This document shows positions 45,266 through 58,100 of a stretch of 64,000 nucleotides of DNA, in pieces (position 1 is the stretch's first letter; the number at the start of each line of letters is the position of its first letter). Below the pieces are notes generated by a model that was given only the letters and a program-made list of their open reading frames with translations, was not told the DNA's origin and searched no databases. This DNA comes from Schizochytrium sp. TIO01 (taxonomy: Eukaryota > Protista > Bigyra: Labyrinthulomycetes). The DNA is taken from the NCBI GenBank assembly GCA_004764695.1, contig SMSO01000037.1, positions 4,440,747 to 4,504,746 on the forward strand, read 5' to 3'. Position numbers and translations under genes: made by a program.

Positions 45266-47596
45266 CTTGGTGGGGTGTGTCTGCCTTCGACCGTTCAGAT
45301 CGATCTCGAGGTTTTAAACTGTACCAAAAGTCTTCTCTCTATTCTCTAAGCACTTCTTCGTGAAGCGACTTTTCGCTTTTATGTTTGTTATTGTTGAAGA
45401 TCCTCGAAGTAGGATCCTGAATTAGAGGTTTGCTTGTATTGGATGCTCGAGAAGTCAAGTGTTTCTGATCTTATCCCCACCGCATTTGTTTTCAAGATTG
45501 AATGAGAGAACATATTGTAGTATAAAGGAGAAGACAACACACCCATGGCAAAGTGAGACGAAACCTCGAGAGAGGGTAAAAGAAGCAAGTTTGAGCAGTC
45601 TTCTAGGTCCTACGGCAGCAAACGAGAAAAAATAATAGTTTTCAAGGTTTCATTTTTCTTTACCTGTAGTCTCTTTTCTCCTCTAGAAAAGAATTCTTTT
45701 CTTCTTCTTTTTTCAAATAGTTTTAAATTTGTGCTCAAAAAGAGCGAGCAGGTAACCTGCTCTCTCGCTGCGCATTAGAGCAGGATATGTTGCCAACTTG
45801 TTGCTGCTACAATGATTGTCAGTCTAAAGAGGTTCGGGCCAGGTCCGCGGCTTGTGGAATTCAACTGTCTACCTGCGCCCAGGCACTCATTTGTTGTACT
45901 GTCACGGTATAAGCAGAGGGTCAAGGCACGTGAACTTCCGGCGAGGCCGTCCAGAGTAGGTACTTTTTTTTTTTCTTTTCTTTTTAATTAAAATTAAAAT
46001 GTTCTTCTTTAGATTTTTTTAATTTTTTATTTTTTTAATAAATAAATAATAATAAGTTTGGAAGATCGAAAGAGCTTTCTCAGACTTGCTCTCCGACATC
46101 ACCTAAGCGACTGCAATCGTAGAGAAGTTGTGGACAAAGGAATGCGAATGAGAACTACCCTCTGATGGAGAAACCCTATGGAGCAGACAAGCAAGAGGAG
46201 AAAGCCAAGATAGCGGTAGAGGCCGGACTTGTAATAAACCACATTGATGGAGACCAAAAAAAAAAATGTCTCGCACTTTTGCAGAAATCGAAGAGGAAAT
46301 CGAAGAGGAAAACGAAGATCTCGAAACCCCCAAACTTTGTAGAAGGATGCAGGAAATTTCTATTGGGGGTAAAATCTGCAACGAGGAAAGTTCATACAAG
46401 AAAACAGAACGCAAAACTTAGCTCTGAGGGTCTAATGCTTCACTATCATTTTAGAAGAATAGAAATACAGACCCCGACGCTTGCTGGAGCGAAGATTGAT
46501 CTGCTGCGGAAGAGTTTCATTGTATTTCGGTGTCCTTTGCCTATTTGGCTCCCTTTCCCTTTTGCCCTTTTTACTTTCCTTACGCTCATTCTCTAAATTA
46601 CTTTCAAAACAACGGGTCGTAACAGAACAAAAACAAACTTTCTTTTCCTCTTCCTTTTTACACAGGAGAAAGAAAAGGGGTTTCAGAGAGTCGAGAGGTT
46701 CGTTTTCTGGTTTTTTAATGTACTTCAAGATGGAAAATGCACATCGCTATTTGAATCCTATTGGTCCCACACCTCGCATGTACCACGCAGTCCTCCTTCT
46801 TCTTCTTCCGGCGCAGTTTAATGCCTCCAAAATTATTGCACCTCCAAGTTTCATAGCAGGACTCGGACCTTGGTCTGTCTGATCCTTCACGCAGCGCCGA
46901 CACCCATGAGTGAACTGCGAAGCACCGGGCAGGTGAAACTCGCAAAGAAGACCAACGAGGTTGATAATAGAGGGGAAGAAGACTCGTCGACGAAGAAGCA
47001 AGTGAGGCACCATCTTGAATTCCGCTTGTAGCACAAATGTGTCGTGTGTGCTTTTCGTCTTCGCTTTCGCTTTCGCTTTCGCTTTCGTTTTCGTTTTCGT
47101 TCTCACATCCTCGCTCTTTTTTCGAAGAAAACTGCGAGCCGCTCTTTGGCTGCCTCGTCAGGACCTCGGCGCGGCGGGGCTGCGACACGAGCCTGTTGCC
47201 GGCTGCTAGCCTGAGGGGCGCCAAAGCAATCGGCACGGCTCCAGCCTGAACGCCCTCGAAATAACAGCATCGAGAGCCTCGCTTCTCATGGCCCGGCACG
47301 AGCGACTCTTTTAGAAATAGAATGCCATGTCCTGAAGACGAAGACTTTGGTCAAAATCTTGGCGCTCTAAGGCAGACTAACTGCCACGGCGGCGAAGCAT
47401 CCGGCGAGATTCTCCTCGCGATCAAATTGACCTGAGGAACCTCCTGAGCCCAAGCTCGCCCGGTGCCTACAACTCCCAGGCCCGACCTTCCCTGGCCGCC
47501 CAACCAGCAACTGTCTGCCTCCAAGTTTTCGAGCCGCGGAGCTCGCGCGCTAGCTGGCCAGCGAGAGCCAACGGTTGAATGACCATCGATCGCAAC

Positions 47597-47880
47597 GAAA
47601 GACTCGAAAGACTCGAAAGACACGAAAGACACGAAAGACACGAAAGACACGAAAGACACGAAAGACGCATGCACCGATCTTTCGGCGGTGGAGAAATGCG
47701 GCTGGTTGGACATGCACATGCGTGGCAGTGGCCCAAGCGGAGACGCAGCAGAGATGCAGGACGACGACGACGACGAGAGTTGTTATTATTATTGTTATTA
47801 TTATTATTATTGTTATTATTATTATTATTAGCATTGTTATTATTATTAGCATTGTTATTATTATTAGCATTGTTATTATT
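47597..47880. repeat. (GAAAGACAC)n 9-mer repeat and compound (TTA)n microsatellite
   Basis: 9-mers at 47597-47666; TTA/TTG/AGCATTG compound tract at 47781-47880. Confidence 0.9.
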
Positions 47881-50800
47881 TACGTCTGCAAACCATCTGA
47901 GATGCACTCGGTCGCAGCGTCTCGTGGCTACTTACTAAACAGACAACAGAAGAAATCGCAATAGCAAAGAATGGCCGCCTACCTTAGCTAGTGCACGTGT
48001 AGCATGGAGGAGGAGGACTTACATGAAGGCAGATGGAATTTCTTGGAAAAGGAATGTACCACGGCCGTGAGATTTCTCGTGACCGTATGTGAGAGGGCAA
48101 AGCAACGATGCATGCAAGACCTGCTGTGGTGGCGCGCGCTTCAGGCAGTAAACTAAAGTAGGCCAGTTGTTGATGAGTCATCTCGCAGATTTCCGGGAGG
48201 AAGTTTCTTTTGAGGCATCCAAGTCTTTCTGTCAACTACAATTGCGTATTGAAAAGAGAGCTTATAGCACACTTGTTTGTTTTCTGGGGTTTTATTTAAT
48301 AAAAATTGAGAAAAACTAGAAAAACTATCTAACGAAAGGGCGTATTTTTAAAACCATGAACTTTATAAGCTAGGACGAAAAATTAGATGTAAATCATAAG
48401 TCTAGTCTCATTCAAAGACTTCGTGAAGGCCTACTAATGTTATATGATTCATGGCAGCGATGTTCTTTGGCTGATCTTAACGATCAGATCGATCACTCTG
48501 TTTGGTGGGCTAGGAGCCGTATCACAAGGAGCCGTACCAGCCAGCCCATGGACAACCTTCAATAATTCAATTCCTGAGGAAAAAGGGCCTGTAGTCAAAA
48601 AGGCATTCAGGTGAGGAAATGGCGCGGATCTCTTCTAGCAATTGTTCACCTGGGTTCATAGCACCTTTTTTTTTAATATTAGAAGAATCAAACGTCAACA
48701 AATCTGTATAGAGGAAGCTACCTAGCCTATTGGGAAGTAGAAGTAGAAAAATGCAGTTAACAACCAATATCCTGAATTTATATCAGTTCTAATTTGACTG
48801 TAGAGGAGAAATGAAAAAGTCTTGTAGATCGACACAACTCATTTTTGTAAAATGAAGAATTATTGAAAGAATTATAGAATGTACGGAATATGGCCAAGTG
48901 ATGCATGGAAACTCTTTCAGTTATATAGTGCTTTCAGAGTAAAGCAGCTATTAAGCTCATATTATTCGACGCAAATGTACAAGAATACGAAAAGAGAAGC
49001 CAGCGAGAGTTTCGCTAGACTCGGAGTTCTCTTCCGCCAACCAACCGGTGACGAAATGACTATTTATGGTGGAAAAGCTGCCTACCCAAGGCGCCATGGT
49101 GGTTCAATATACTATCGCAACGATCCTGAAAGGATCACCATAGCTGAAGGCGGATAATTACATAAGAATCAAGACAACAACCGCCAAATACTTACTCGAG
49201 CATCGAATGATTGGGTTACAAAAGAGGCCGAACCAGAACTGGGAAGCAAACAACACTCACTAGAATTTCAGAGGAGCTACACCATATTTTGCTTCAAAAA
49301 GGTAGAACTAGTTAATATTGTATGCCCCATAAAATACCATGTACATTCTTTTCAAGAAGGTGAGCAGTAGATTTTGACAATGTTCCAAGAGTGGAAAAAG
49401 CAGAAAGTTCGGTTTTTTGTTTCATTTCTATTCTCTCTATCTTCCAGATCTTCAGCAATCATGATATGCCTTCGGAAAAAAAAAATTGTCAAGGAGAAAA
49501 TTCAGCATCCTGTCAGTTGAAGCAAAAGTTCTTTTTCTCCCTCCTAATTCGTATATTCCTCTTCCTCAGAAATGCTTCTAACAAGTGTGTTGAGATAATC
49601 AACAACAGTTTCTTTCTCCCTTGCAGCGTATTCAAGTGATGGCAAATATTTGATGATTACATGTCCTCCTTGATCTTCATCATCACTGGCTGCCCTTTTA
49701 GAATTGCGTTTGCCTGCCGTCCCCTGAGCCTACTATGGTGCCTACCTTCAGCTGCCAGCCCCTCACTCTCTCCCCAAGTGCATGGCTTCACAAAAATGTA
49801 GTATGATACTTTTCCTCTAAATCTACTGTAATGCCATACGAACTCTAGGAAACAATCAGCTGCCAATTGATCAGATAGATATTCGGTCCCAGGTGGACAA
49901 GCCTCTGCGGGCTTACCATCCGCCTCCTCTCCCTCCTCCAAGACTTGTTTAAGCTCGTGCAGGATTTCCTAAGCCAGGCCAACCGTCCTTTGGCTCACCT
50001 TTGACTACCTCTTTTCCCTTCAGTTAACTCCGCTATACTACCTACTACTGTCTCTATGTGCATGAACATGGAAAGTACCCACCCATGGAAAGTACCCACC
50101 CACCTCTATCATTATGTGGCTACGACGCTGCTACTAGGGTACGCCTGCTAGTATAGTCTCAAGACATCATGAAAATGTGCTCTTTTTTTAATTTTCTTCA
50201 ACGGAGACAGTCTGAACTTCACCCCATATCTAGTCCTTCTTTGGTTCAATGGCTTGTACATTTATCAACCCTTGGCACCCACAAATCGAAGGGGATAGAA
50301 TCGTTGCGTAGATCTGGGGGAAGGCGCCGAAATGCTCTAGTATCACCTACTGGCGAAGGCCGAAACAACACTCTCATTAGTTAGAGCCTACTCTTACTCA
50401 TCCTTTTATTCGCTTGCTCAAGTAAAAACTCGAGTCTAAGCAAAGAACTCGAAAACAAGATGAGCGAAGGTAAATCTTTCTAAAGGAGGTCACCCACTAC
50501 GTCAAATGTATGAACTATATTTACTACATACTACTACAAACATTGGAAAACCTGCTTATCAAGACCTCCTGCTGGAACGAAGTCTCTAAGCAAACGGAGG
50601 TTAAACGTACGGCTGCTGATGCTGTTTTTGCTAGCTATGTGGCCTCAAGCCCCTCGGAGCTGCGCGGAGGCACGCGGAGCCTCATAAATTTGCGCGAGAA
50701 TCGAAATTAAGAAGTCAAAAAGTGCGACCATAACGGTGTCCACAACGCACCCGAAATCTTCAAACTCTTATCATTCAATTCTTTTGATTTTTAGATGATG

Positions 50801-51470
50801 ATTTTTAGATTTTATAAAAACGCTTTTTTTTTCAGGTTCTCTTTTTAGAACTTTTGCCATAACATTTTTATTTATTTTTAATTAAATATAACATTACTTT
50901 TTTCAACCTGCGTTGCAGCTGCATTACGAATCGGGCTCCCACCAGGTCCTCCGCGCCCCGCGTGCCAGCTTGAGGAAAAAGAGTATGTGCGATGCATATT
51001 CTCTTGTGTGCCTGGTCTGCGCCGAGCTTGAAGAATATGGGGAAAAGATTAAACTCTGAGACTGCCGACAAACGCAGGTTCGGAGCAGAAATGTATGAAA
51101 GCGGTGGTCAGAAGAAGAAGAGAAGTGCCGCCTTTGCTGCTTTTGGTAGGCTTATTTCATTTTGGCCTTTTAAAATAAATAGCATCGAAGCCGCATTTAG
51201 GTAAATATAACTTTCTATGTCAAATTGGTCGAAATGGGGAACAGATTACATACCAATTCAAACCAAACCCAAAACTTCAGTCTCCATCGGAAGATAGTAA
51301 ATCAACAGAAATCAGGAAAGGTGCTTAGTCACGCAAATAGTGACACTGTGATAGAACCTAAAGTACTTTGACTTGTTTCATAGATAAAAACAAGGGTGAG
51401 ATATCCGAAATTACAAAACATCAAGAAGAAGGGTTTTGATCGCCACAACGTATACCCATCATAAAGTGCA

Positions 51471-53406
51471 ATGCAGAGAACACATTATAGTAAGTTGGTG
51501 CTCGCAATTGCCGCAGTAGTTGTTCTTGCAGTACCACAAGCTGAAGCTAAATGTTCAAACCAACTCTGCAATCACGATGGCAGTGGAAGCGCTGATGCAA
51601 GCCCTTTTACAGAATCCTACTGCAGCAGTAGATCAAATGGAGATGTTGTTGGCTCATTCGATAAATGTTGCCCCTACTCTACCGATGATTGTGATACTGT
51701 TGGTACAGGCAAAACATGCCGTACACTGCCAGTTGGAGGCCAATTTTGTGATCCAGAAACAGACCGCTACGAATGCACTCAGCTTCAAGGATCTGTACTC
51801 TACATTAACATGGAGGTAGACTATGCTGATGTTGACGGCTCATGCTGTTCCACATGCCAATGCTATGGTGATCCCAACTGTATCAGTTTTGATAGTGTAA
51901 TTGACGAATGGGTGCTTTGTGATGCGCGTTTGAAAGATCCGGAGTTAGGTCATTGCATAATGAGCAAAGATGTTTGTGACAAACAAACCGACAGCAATGG
52001 CAACGCATGCGTGTGGCTTGATGAGACCCGCCGTCTTCGGAGTGCCACCAACCAAGGAAGAAACCTTGTTTCAACCTCTTCTTGGAGTGTTACCCTCCAA
52101 GGTTCTCCATGCCAGCCCGACTTCACGCTAGACGATGCCCCAACTATGACCATGTACAAGGCTGATGGTTTTAAGCTTGACCTCACGATGGGAGAGCGAG
52201 GTGTTATCACTTCGGTCATAATTACCACAAGCCAGGCTATTTTCACTCTAGAGGCTGAGCGCTGCGACGATCTTCGCTCGTCTGCCGATCCACTTGATGC
52301 CTGGATTGTCTCAAATGAGGATGGAATCGACATTGCTAACACCTGGACACGTAGTATGACCAATGAAATTGACACTACTTGGTTTGTATATGATCCAGAT
52401 ACTGGAATTCGTATGACCCTCGTCTGCACGAAGTCTTACGAGCAAGTTGGCCGAGTTATTCAAACGGGTCCGCCTCGCATTAACGTAAACGAGCTCCTTG
52501 AGCCAGATGCTGACCGCACAACGCGCTCGAACCTTGGTGGGTTCTGTGAGACCGGAGTGATTGCGGAGAAAAAAGGTACTACTGGCAATACTGACACTCT
52601 TCATGAGTATTGCTCCAGCAAGGCGAATGAAGATCTTTCCGCAGCCAAGGTATTTTGTGGTGGTGGAGTTACCCAGGCTGGAGTTGACGCTTGCAAGGTT
52701 AAGTGGTGCAACAAGGCTTACGGATATGCATCTAGTACTAAGTGCCTTAGCTATATTAAGGAAACATCGTGGCCGGTTGCTTATTGTCATGCTGCTGCTC
52801 TCTACTTAAGCTCAACCTATCCAGATCAATATGAGGCTGATCGTGTTCAGCGCTCATGCCAAGACACAATTCAAGAATTCTCATGGACTCAGGCTGTGAA
52901 CGAGTATGGCACAGGTGCTGCTGGCTCTGTAGGCAGCGCTCCAACTCCGCCGCCGACTTCGCCAGTATATAGCTCCCCTGAGCAGTGTGCAGAATCTCTT
53001 GAAATTTATCTTAATATCGAGATTGATGAGTGCACCGACAAAATTGCAGTGCAGTATGAGCTCGATGGAACCTGGCTAACTGCTTTTGAAATCCCCACAG
53101 CTCTCCCTCCATGCGACGGTAACCTTGCTCACAACCTTTGAGAAGGTCCCTGAATTGTTCATGCACCCAATTCGCTTTTATCAATGTGAACGCCCCGCAT
53201 ACTGTTCACAGAGTTGCTCTCCAGTTTCTGGAGCTGACCTTTCTGTCCGATATGCCTCAACTCATAACCAAGCTGAGTGGGCTGTGCAGCAAGGACTTGC
53301 TCACTGTCGTGAAAATGCGGAATATCCTGATGACAAGTACTGGTGTTTGTCTCAGATTTCCTCGTTCGAGAAAATGTGCGAATGCTGCGATGAAGATAAT
53401 TCCTAA
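51471..53406 (+). CDS. Secreted Cys-rich VWD-like protein (paralog B), split by a +1 frameshift near 53127-53141
   Basis: The 556-aa ORF aligns with paralog A up to PPCDGNL. The +1 frame continues EKVPELFMHPIRFYQC...VSGADLSVRY...WC...C, matching paralog A YPELFENPVRFKQC...VSGADITMRY...WC. Confidence 0.85.
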
Positions 53407-54095
53407 ACTGATTTGCATCAACGTCTCGCGGTCATGGCACCTGTCTTACTTCTTTGTAAGCTGGCAGCACAAGACCTGACCCCCTGCTGATATTCTACCG
53501 ATACTACATTCAACGGTGGAGTATGATAACCTGTTTTACGCAAGATTTGAAAAGGATGATGACATTTTCCTATTCATTGTACCTGAAAAGAACAAATGCG
53601 AGACATGCTGGATTTAGATCTGACCATGCTCTCTGCTGTGCCTACCTAAAATAGGGTAGATATAAATTGTTGTTGAATAATTGGCAAGTCCTAGAACATA
53701 AAAAGAAAAAAGAATAAAGCTTAATTCCAAATTCGTATTCGCTTAACTTGAAGGAAATGAAAGAAATTTCACGATCATCATGGTAATTTTGCTTTTGAGA
53801 AGAGAATTGATATAATGATTGTTCTTTGTTAAAGAAGGACTGGATATGTGCATGTGTGTACATTTTATAATCGCGATTTGTATTGATTAGGACCAGGCAG
53901 TATAAGAAGTATTGGAACAGTGGATAAAGTTGAAAACGCCAGTTTGTTGGCTGAGGTTTGAAGTGCAGATTAGCTGACAGTTAGATGGGCAGCAGTGGAG
54001 AAGCAGTGCAGGAAGTTTATACAGAGTTGTAGAAGTACATTTATATGATGTCACAGTGGTACACTTTAGCAGTAGCTTTGTGAAATCTTACGAAT

Positions 54096-55172
54096 TCAAG
54101 AGAGATTTAACAGAGCAGCAGCTGCTAGAACCTCGTCCTTACTGTTGCGAGGGCAGCTTTCTTGGGCGCACTCGCTATGAATGGTGTGATTTGTAGGCGG
54201 GGCAATACGTTTTTTATTTATCCCTTGAGATTCGGTTGACATAATTGCCCCTGCGGTGCTCTTCGCTTTTGTCTTACGTTTCGTTGCAGAAGTCGATGCT
54301 GCTTGTGAGAACGAGGGAGATGCAGGGTAGTTCCACATGCATGGACTGATAGAATTGTTGATATTGTTGGATGGAAAGTATGTGGTTGGAGTGTAAAGCA
54401 CAGGTGATAATGTCTGTATAGGTACAGATTCCACACCAGGAGCGACCGGCGATGAAGGCGGGCAAGATGTAAGCTGCTTAAATCGAAGCTTGACACCATT
54501 TTTTGATCGCTTTGGTAGCACAGCGGCAATAGTTTCCCACCGGCAGGAGCGCTGAGTACGCATTTCCAGCAGGAGGCGATCTTCTTCGTACGTCCATTTA
54601 CGCCGTGCTGCACGCTGGAGACTTCGAAAGCGTGTTTTGATTGCATTTTCCGTGCGACCATTAAATGAGCGCGCAATGAGCGCCCAACGATTACCAGAGC
54701 TTCGTTGGAGTCGAACAAGAAGAGCATCCTCTTCAGGGGTCCAATCTGCTTTGTTGATTGTTGGGCAAAGGTTGAACTTCCAGCGCTCGCGACATTGCTT
54801 GGCACTGCGCCCAGGTAGCCGAGAGGCAACTTCACTCCAGCTCCCCTCTGCGTAGCGTTGTACAAGCTCTCGAAGAGTATCATCCTCACTGTCAGTCCAT
54901 GCACCGCGCCGAGGCCTCTTCGAGCAGGGCCCATCTTCATGGAAATCTTGTGGTGATCCAGGCTCTGTGGGTGAGGTCCTCGCGGAGGAATTGGCGGGAG
55001 ACCCGGACAACGATGACTTTCGTCGCATGGGGAAACCAGCTGTGCTGGTGATGTCTGTAGACAGACAACCTTTGTCTTGCATAATTCCAGATCTCATTGC
55101 AAGGCTCGTCGTTGCAGAATCCCACGATCCACCAGAATCTGTTGAGTCCCCCCTTGCTCTCAGCGCCTGCAT
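54096..55172 (-). CDS. Myb transcription factor with three repeats
   Basis: WTDSED...WSEVA...GRSAKQCRERW; WTPEED...GNRWALIA...GRTENAIKTRF; WTYEED...WETIA...KRSKNGVKLRF. First ATG is at 55172. Confidence 0.92.
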   Translation of the reverse strand: MQALRARGDSTDSGGSWDSATTSLAMRSGIMQDKGCLSTDITSTAGFPMRRKSSLSGSPANSSARTSPTEPGSPQDFHEDGPCSKRPRRGAWTDSEDDTLRELVQRYAEGSWSEVASRLPGRSAKQCRERWKFNLCPTINKADWTPEEDALLVRLQRSSGNRWALIARSFNGRTENAIKTRFRSLQRAARRKWTYEEDRLLLEMRTQRSCRWETIAAVLPKRSKNGVKLRFKQLTSCPPSSPVAPGVESVPIQTLSPVLYTPTTYFPSNNINNSISPCMWNYPASPSFSQAASTSATKRKTKAKSTAGAIMSTESQGINKKRIAPPTNHTIHSECAQESCPRNSKDEVLAAAALLNLS

Positions 55173-58100
55173 ACTCAAGACGTAAGATTAAAACTGGAAT
55201 GCCCCACAAGCACGGGGTCGGTGCCAGCCTTTTTAACTAGCCAATCCCAAAGCTTGCTAAACCAATCTCCAAGCTGTGTTTATGATAACAGTGAACAAAT
55301 GTCTCGAGATCCAATTCCCTCTTTTCGTCAACCCCCACACAAGATTTATGTATCTCGCCCGTGCACAAAGAGTTCTTGGGCCTAGTCTTTGAAAGTAAGC
55401 GTCTATGTATAGTCTATATACACTCTCGGCGGCTGTTTCGTGGTCCTTCCAACAACTCTCGCGTATTTACAATCTTGCAAACACACCTCTGCAATAACCG
55501 CAGTCGCAACGCGCGTCTTCGGGCCCGACTGGGACCTGCTGTCGTGTAGGCTTGGTTCTTGTTCTCCTCGCCACTTCTAGTTTCGCTATTGTAATATCCG
55601 TATTACTTGCACTTATTCTGTGCCTTTCATGTCTGTTCGAGTCTCCAGAAAAAGCCTCGGAACCGGACGAACCGCCAGATCGCCTGATCGGTGCCTGCAG
55701 CTCGCACGTGAAAGAACCCGGGGGTCTGTCGGTCCTCGCTCCCGGGACGGTCTTCCGCAGCAAAGAGTCTGCCGAGGGTCGCCAAGCGCTGGCACGAGAC
55801 CTGCGCAGACCTGGATGCGTCAGTTGGAGATCTGGGATCCATGACTAAGTGCCCATCTTATTTTAATTAAGGGGAACAATAGGTACTCATACCCAGTAAC
55901 TAGTAAATTAAATAAATAAATTAAATAAATTAAATAAATAAATAAGTAAATAAATGTCCAAAGAACAAAGCGAAGGAAAAAGAAGGAAAAGGAAGAAAAG
56001 GAAGAAAACTATGGAAAACTATGGAAACACTGGAAAGGAAGAAAAGTCCGTGGTACTTGCGCAACCCATTTATGCGCAACCCGATTTTCTGCGCAACCCA
56101 TTTCCACCGCATTCTCTACTTGAGGAGGAAGAGGAGAAGCGCAGAGCAGGCAGAATTTGCAAGTGGGAAAGTTGTAAAGATGAAAAGAAGTAAAAGGCCG
56201 CTACCAGTGCAATAATTTGTCTTTCATGGGTTCGCTTGACACCTCCATCTCCTCCCGTGGCATTCGTTAATTTCCGGTGCGTTGCGAGCTCCTTTTGTTG
56301 AGATCTCCTTGCGGAATTAAGTGCGCTGCTTGGGGTAATTGCAGCGTCATAAGTCTGGTGGGCTCCCTTTGTGGTAGGGTTTGGACATGAGGAGAGTGCG
56401 TGAATAAGAAGGTAAGTGATAGGGCTGATTCTTAGTATAGCAGAGTGCAATCAATATTAAACTTGTAGAAGCCTGGAGTGTGTGGGGTTTGCAGTAACTT
56501 TTGTTGTGATTATTCTAGCTCTTTGCTTTCCAAGCAATTGTGTTTTGTATGACTCATGCCAGAAGCAAAATGTGCTTCTATCTATAGTGCCTTGCTTGGT
56601 GTTTTCCATTAGCTGTATGTATACAAGTTCCAGGAAGATCGTGTAGGTTATATAACTCAAAATGAGTATCACGATAACGCAAAACTATGCTTAGGTTTTA
56701 CTCTAGGAGTTGATTATTTGCCATTTGACCCTGATGTCTGCGTCTCTTCAAGTTGACTCAGACAGCGATTAAACAACAAATTTTCCTTCAAAGTGAGTGG
56801 AAACGTTAACCCAGAAGATTCGAAGCCACCCTGTCTCAGCTTTTCTCTAACTGCGCAGAGAATTCAGCTACAATTTCAAATAAACGTAGATCTGGATGAA
56901 AGAGAACAATTGATATACGCTTCAAACTCACCCAAGGCTTTGATGTAGAGTACGCATTTTCGATTTAATCTACCTATTGGTTTGAAATATTGCAACGCAT
57001 ACCGCCTATGTTCATATCTGAGCCCAAGATAATGAATAAAGTCTACAAAAGGTTATATTATAGATTTTGTGAGGTTAACTTATGGTCATGCGTTTTTACA
57101 CCATTAGAGCTGACTTGACAAAACAACCCCTCTTTGAATGCTATGTAATTGATTTGATAGATCCCTGTCAACTTCGGGTTTGTTACGGCAGACTTGCGTC
57201 TGTGGTGATCAATACCAGATGAATTGGCTGGTGGAAGTCTCAATATTTCGCATCAAAAAGATGCCTAACCAATGTAAGACGTATTGTTTTCCATTGTAGA
57301 GCGTGAGGTTATATATGAAGCACATCGACGTGTTAATTATCTGCGCTTATGTGTGATATCTCATTTACTCTAATCGTCAAACCCACGCCCCATCTTTACC
57401 CGAGGTTCAGATGGGTGGACTCTGAGAACTGTAGTACGTGTTATTTATGAATAACTCACCGAATACTGCAAATTACATGAGTCTATACGGCTGAATCAAA
57501 CCCCTTTTATATTTGCATCAACTTTTGGGAGCCACGTCTTACCCTCTGCGAATAGGCCATACAACATACAGTAGACCACTCTGTAGTAATACCAGCTCTA
57601 ACAGAACTCAAAACATACAGAAACTGAATAGAGATAGCGTTTATACACTCTGTGAGTACATTTGAACTGTATACTTGGCACAATCATCGCTGTTAATATA
57701 TTCTTTGTGTAGCATTGATCCAAGTTGAGATTGATCCAAGTTGAGATACTATACTAACCGTCAGAACAAAGATACCAACTTTAGTTATATCAAAACCATA
57801 TTGCGACAAGAATGAATGCAAAGACCTCCAATATAACTATGCACGCCACGTCGCCTTTACAGCAAGATAGCTAAATATATAGTCGAGAGATAGCTCTCTG
57901 TTTTTGCAGAGATCAGATGTCGCATCGATTTCGTCATGATAGGGCATACAGACTTCAAGATCAAGCTGGTACAAGGAGGACGCAATGTCACGACTTGACA
58001 TTTCGAGGAACATACTAATTTCCAAAGCACACAAGCGCATTATAGGAAATGCAATACTCTCTTGAACAAGTATATATGAAAAAGAACACGTATATCTATA

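Noticed and set aside
48879-49990. Possible decayed genes or transposon between the VWD paralogs
   Set aside because: Short frames extend through single stops, but no motif, terminal repeat or homology is recognisable.
50067-50100. 17-bp tandem duplication CATGGAAAGTACCCACC
   Set aside because: An isolated slippage-type duplication with no associated element.
54218-54940. 240-aa alternative-frame ORF inside the Myb gene
   Set aside because: It overlaps the well-supported Myb frame and has no recognisable motif.
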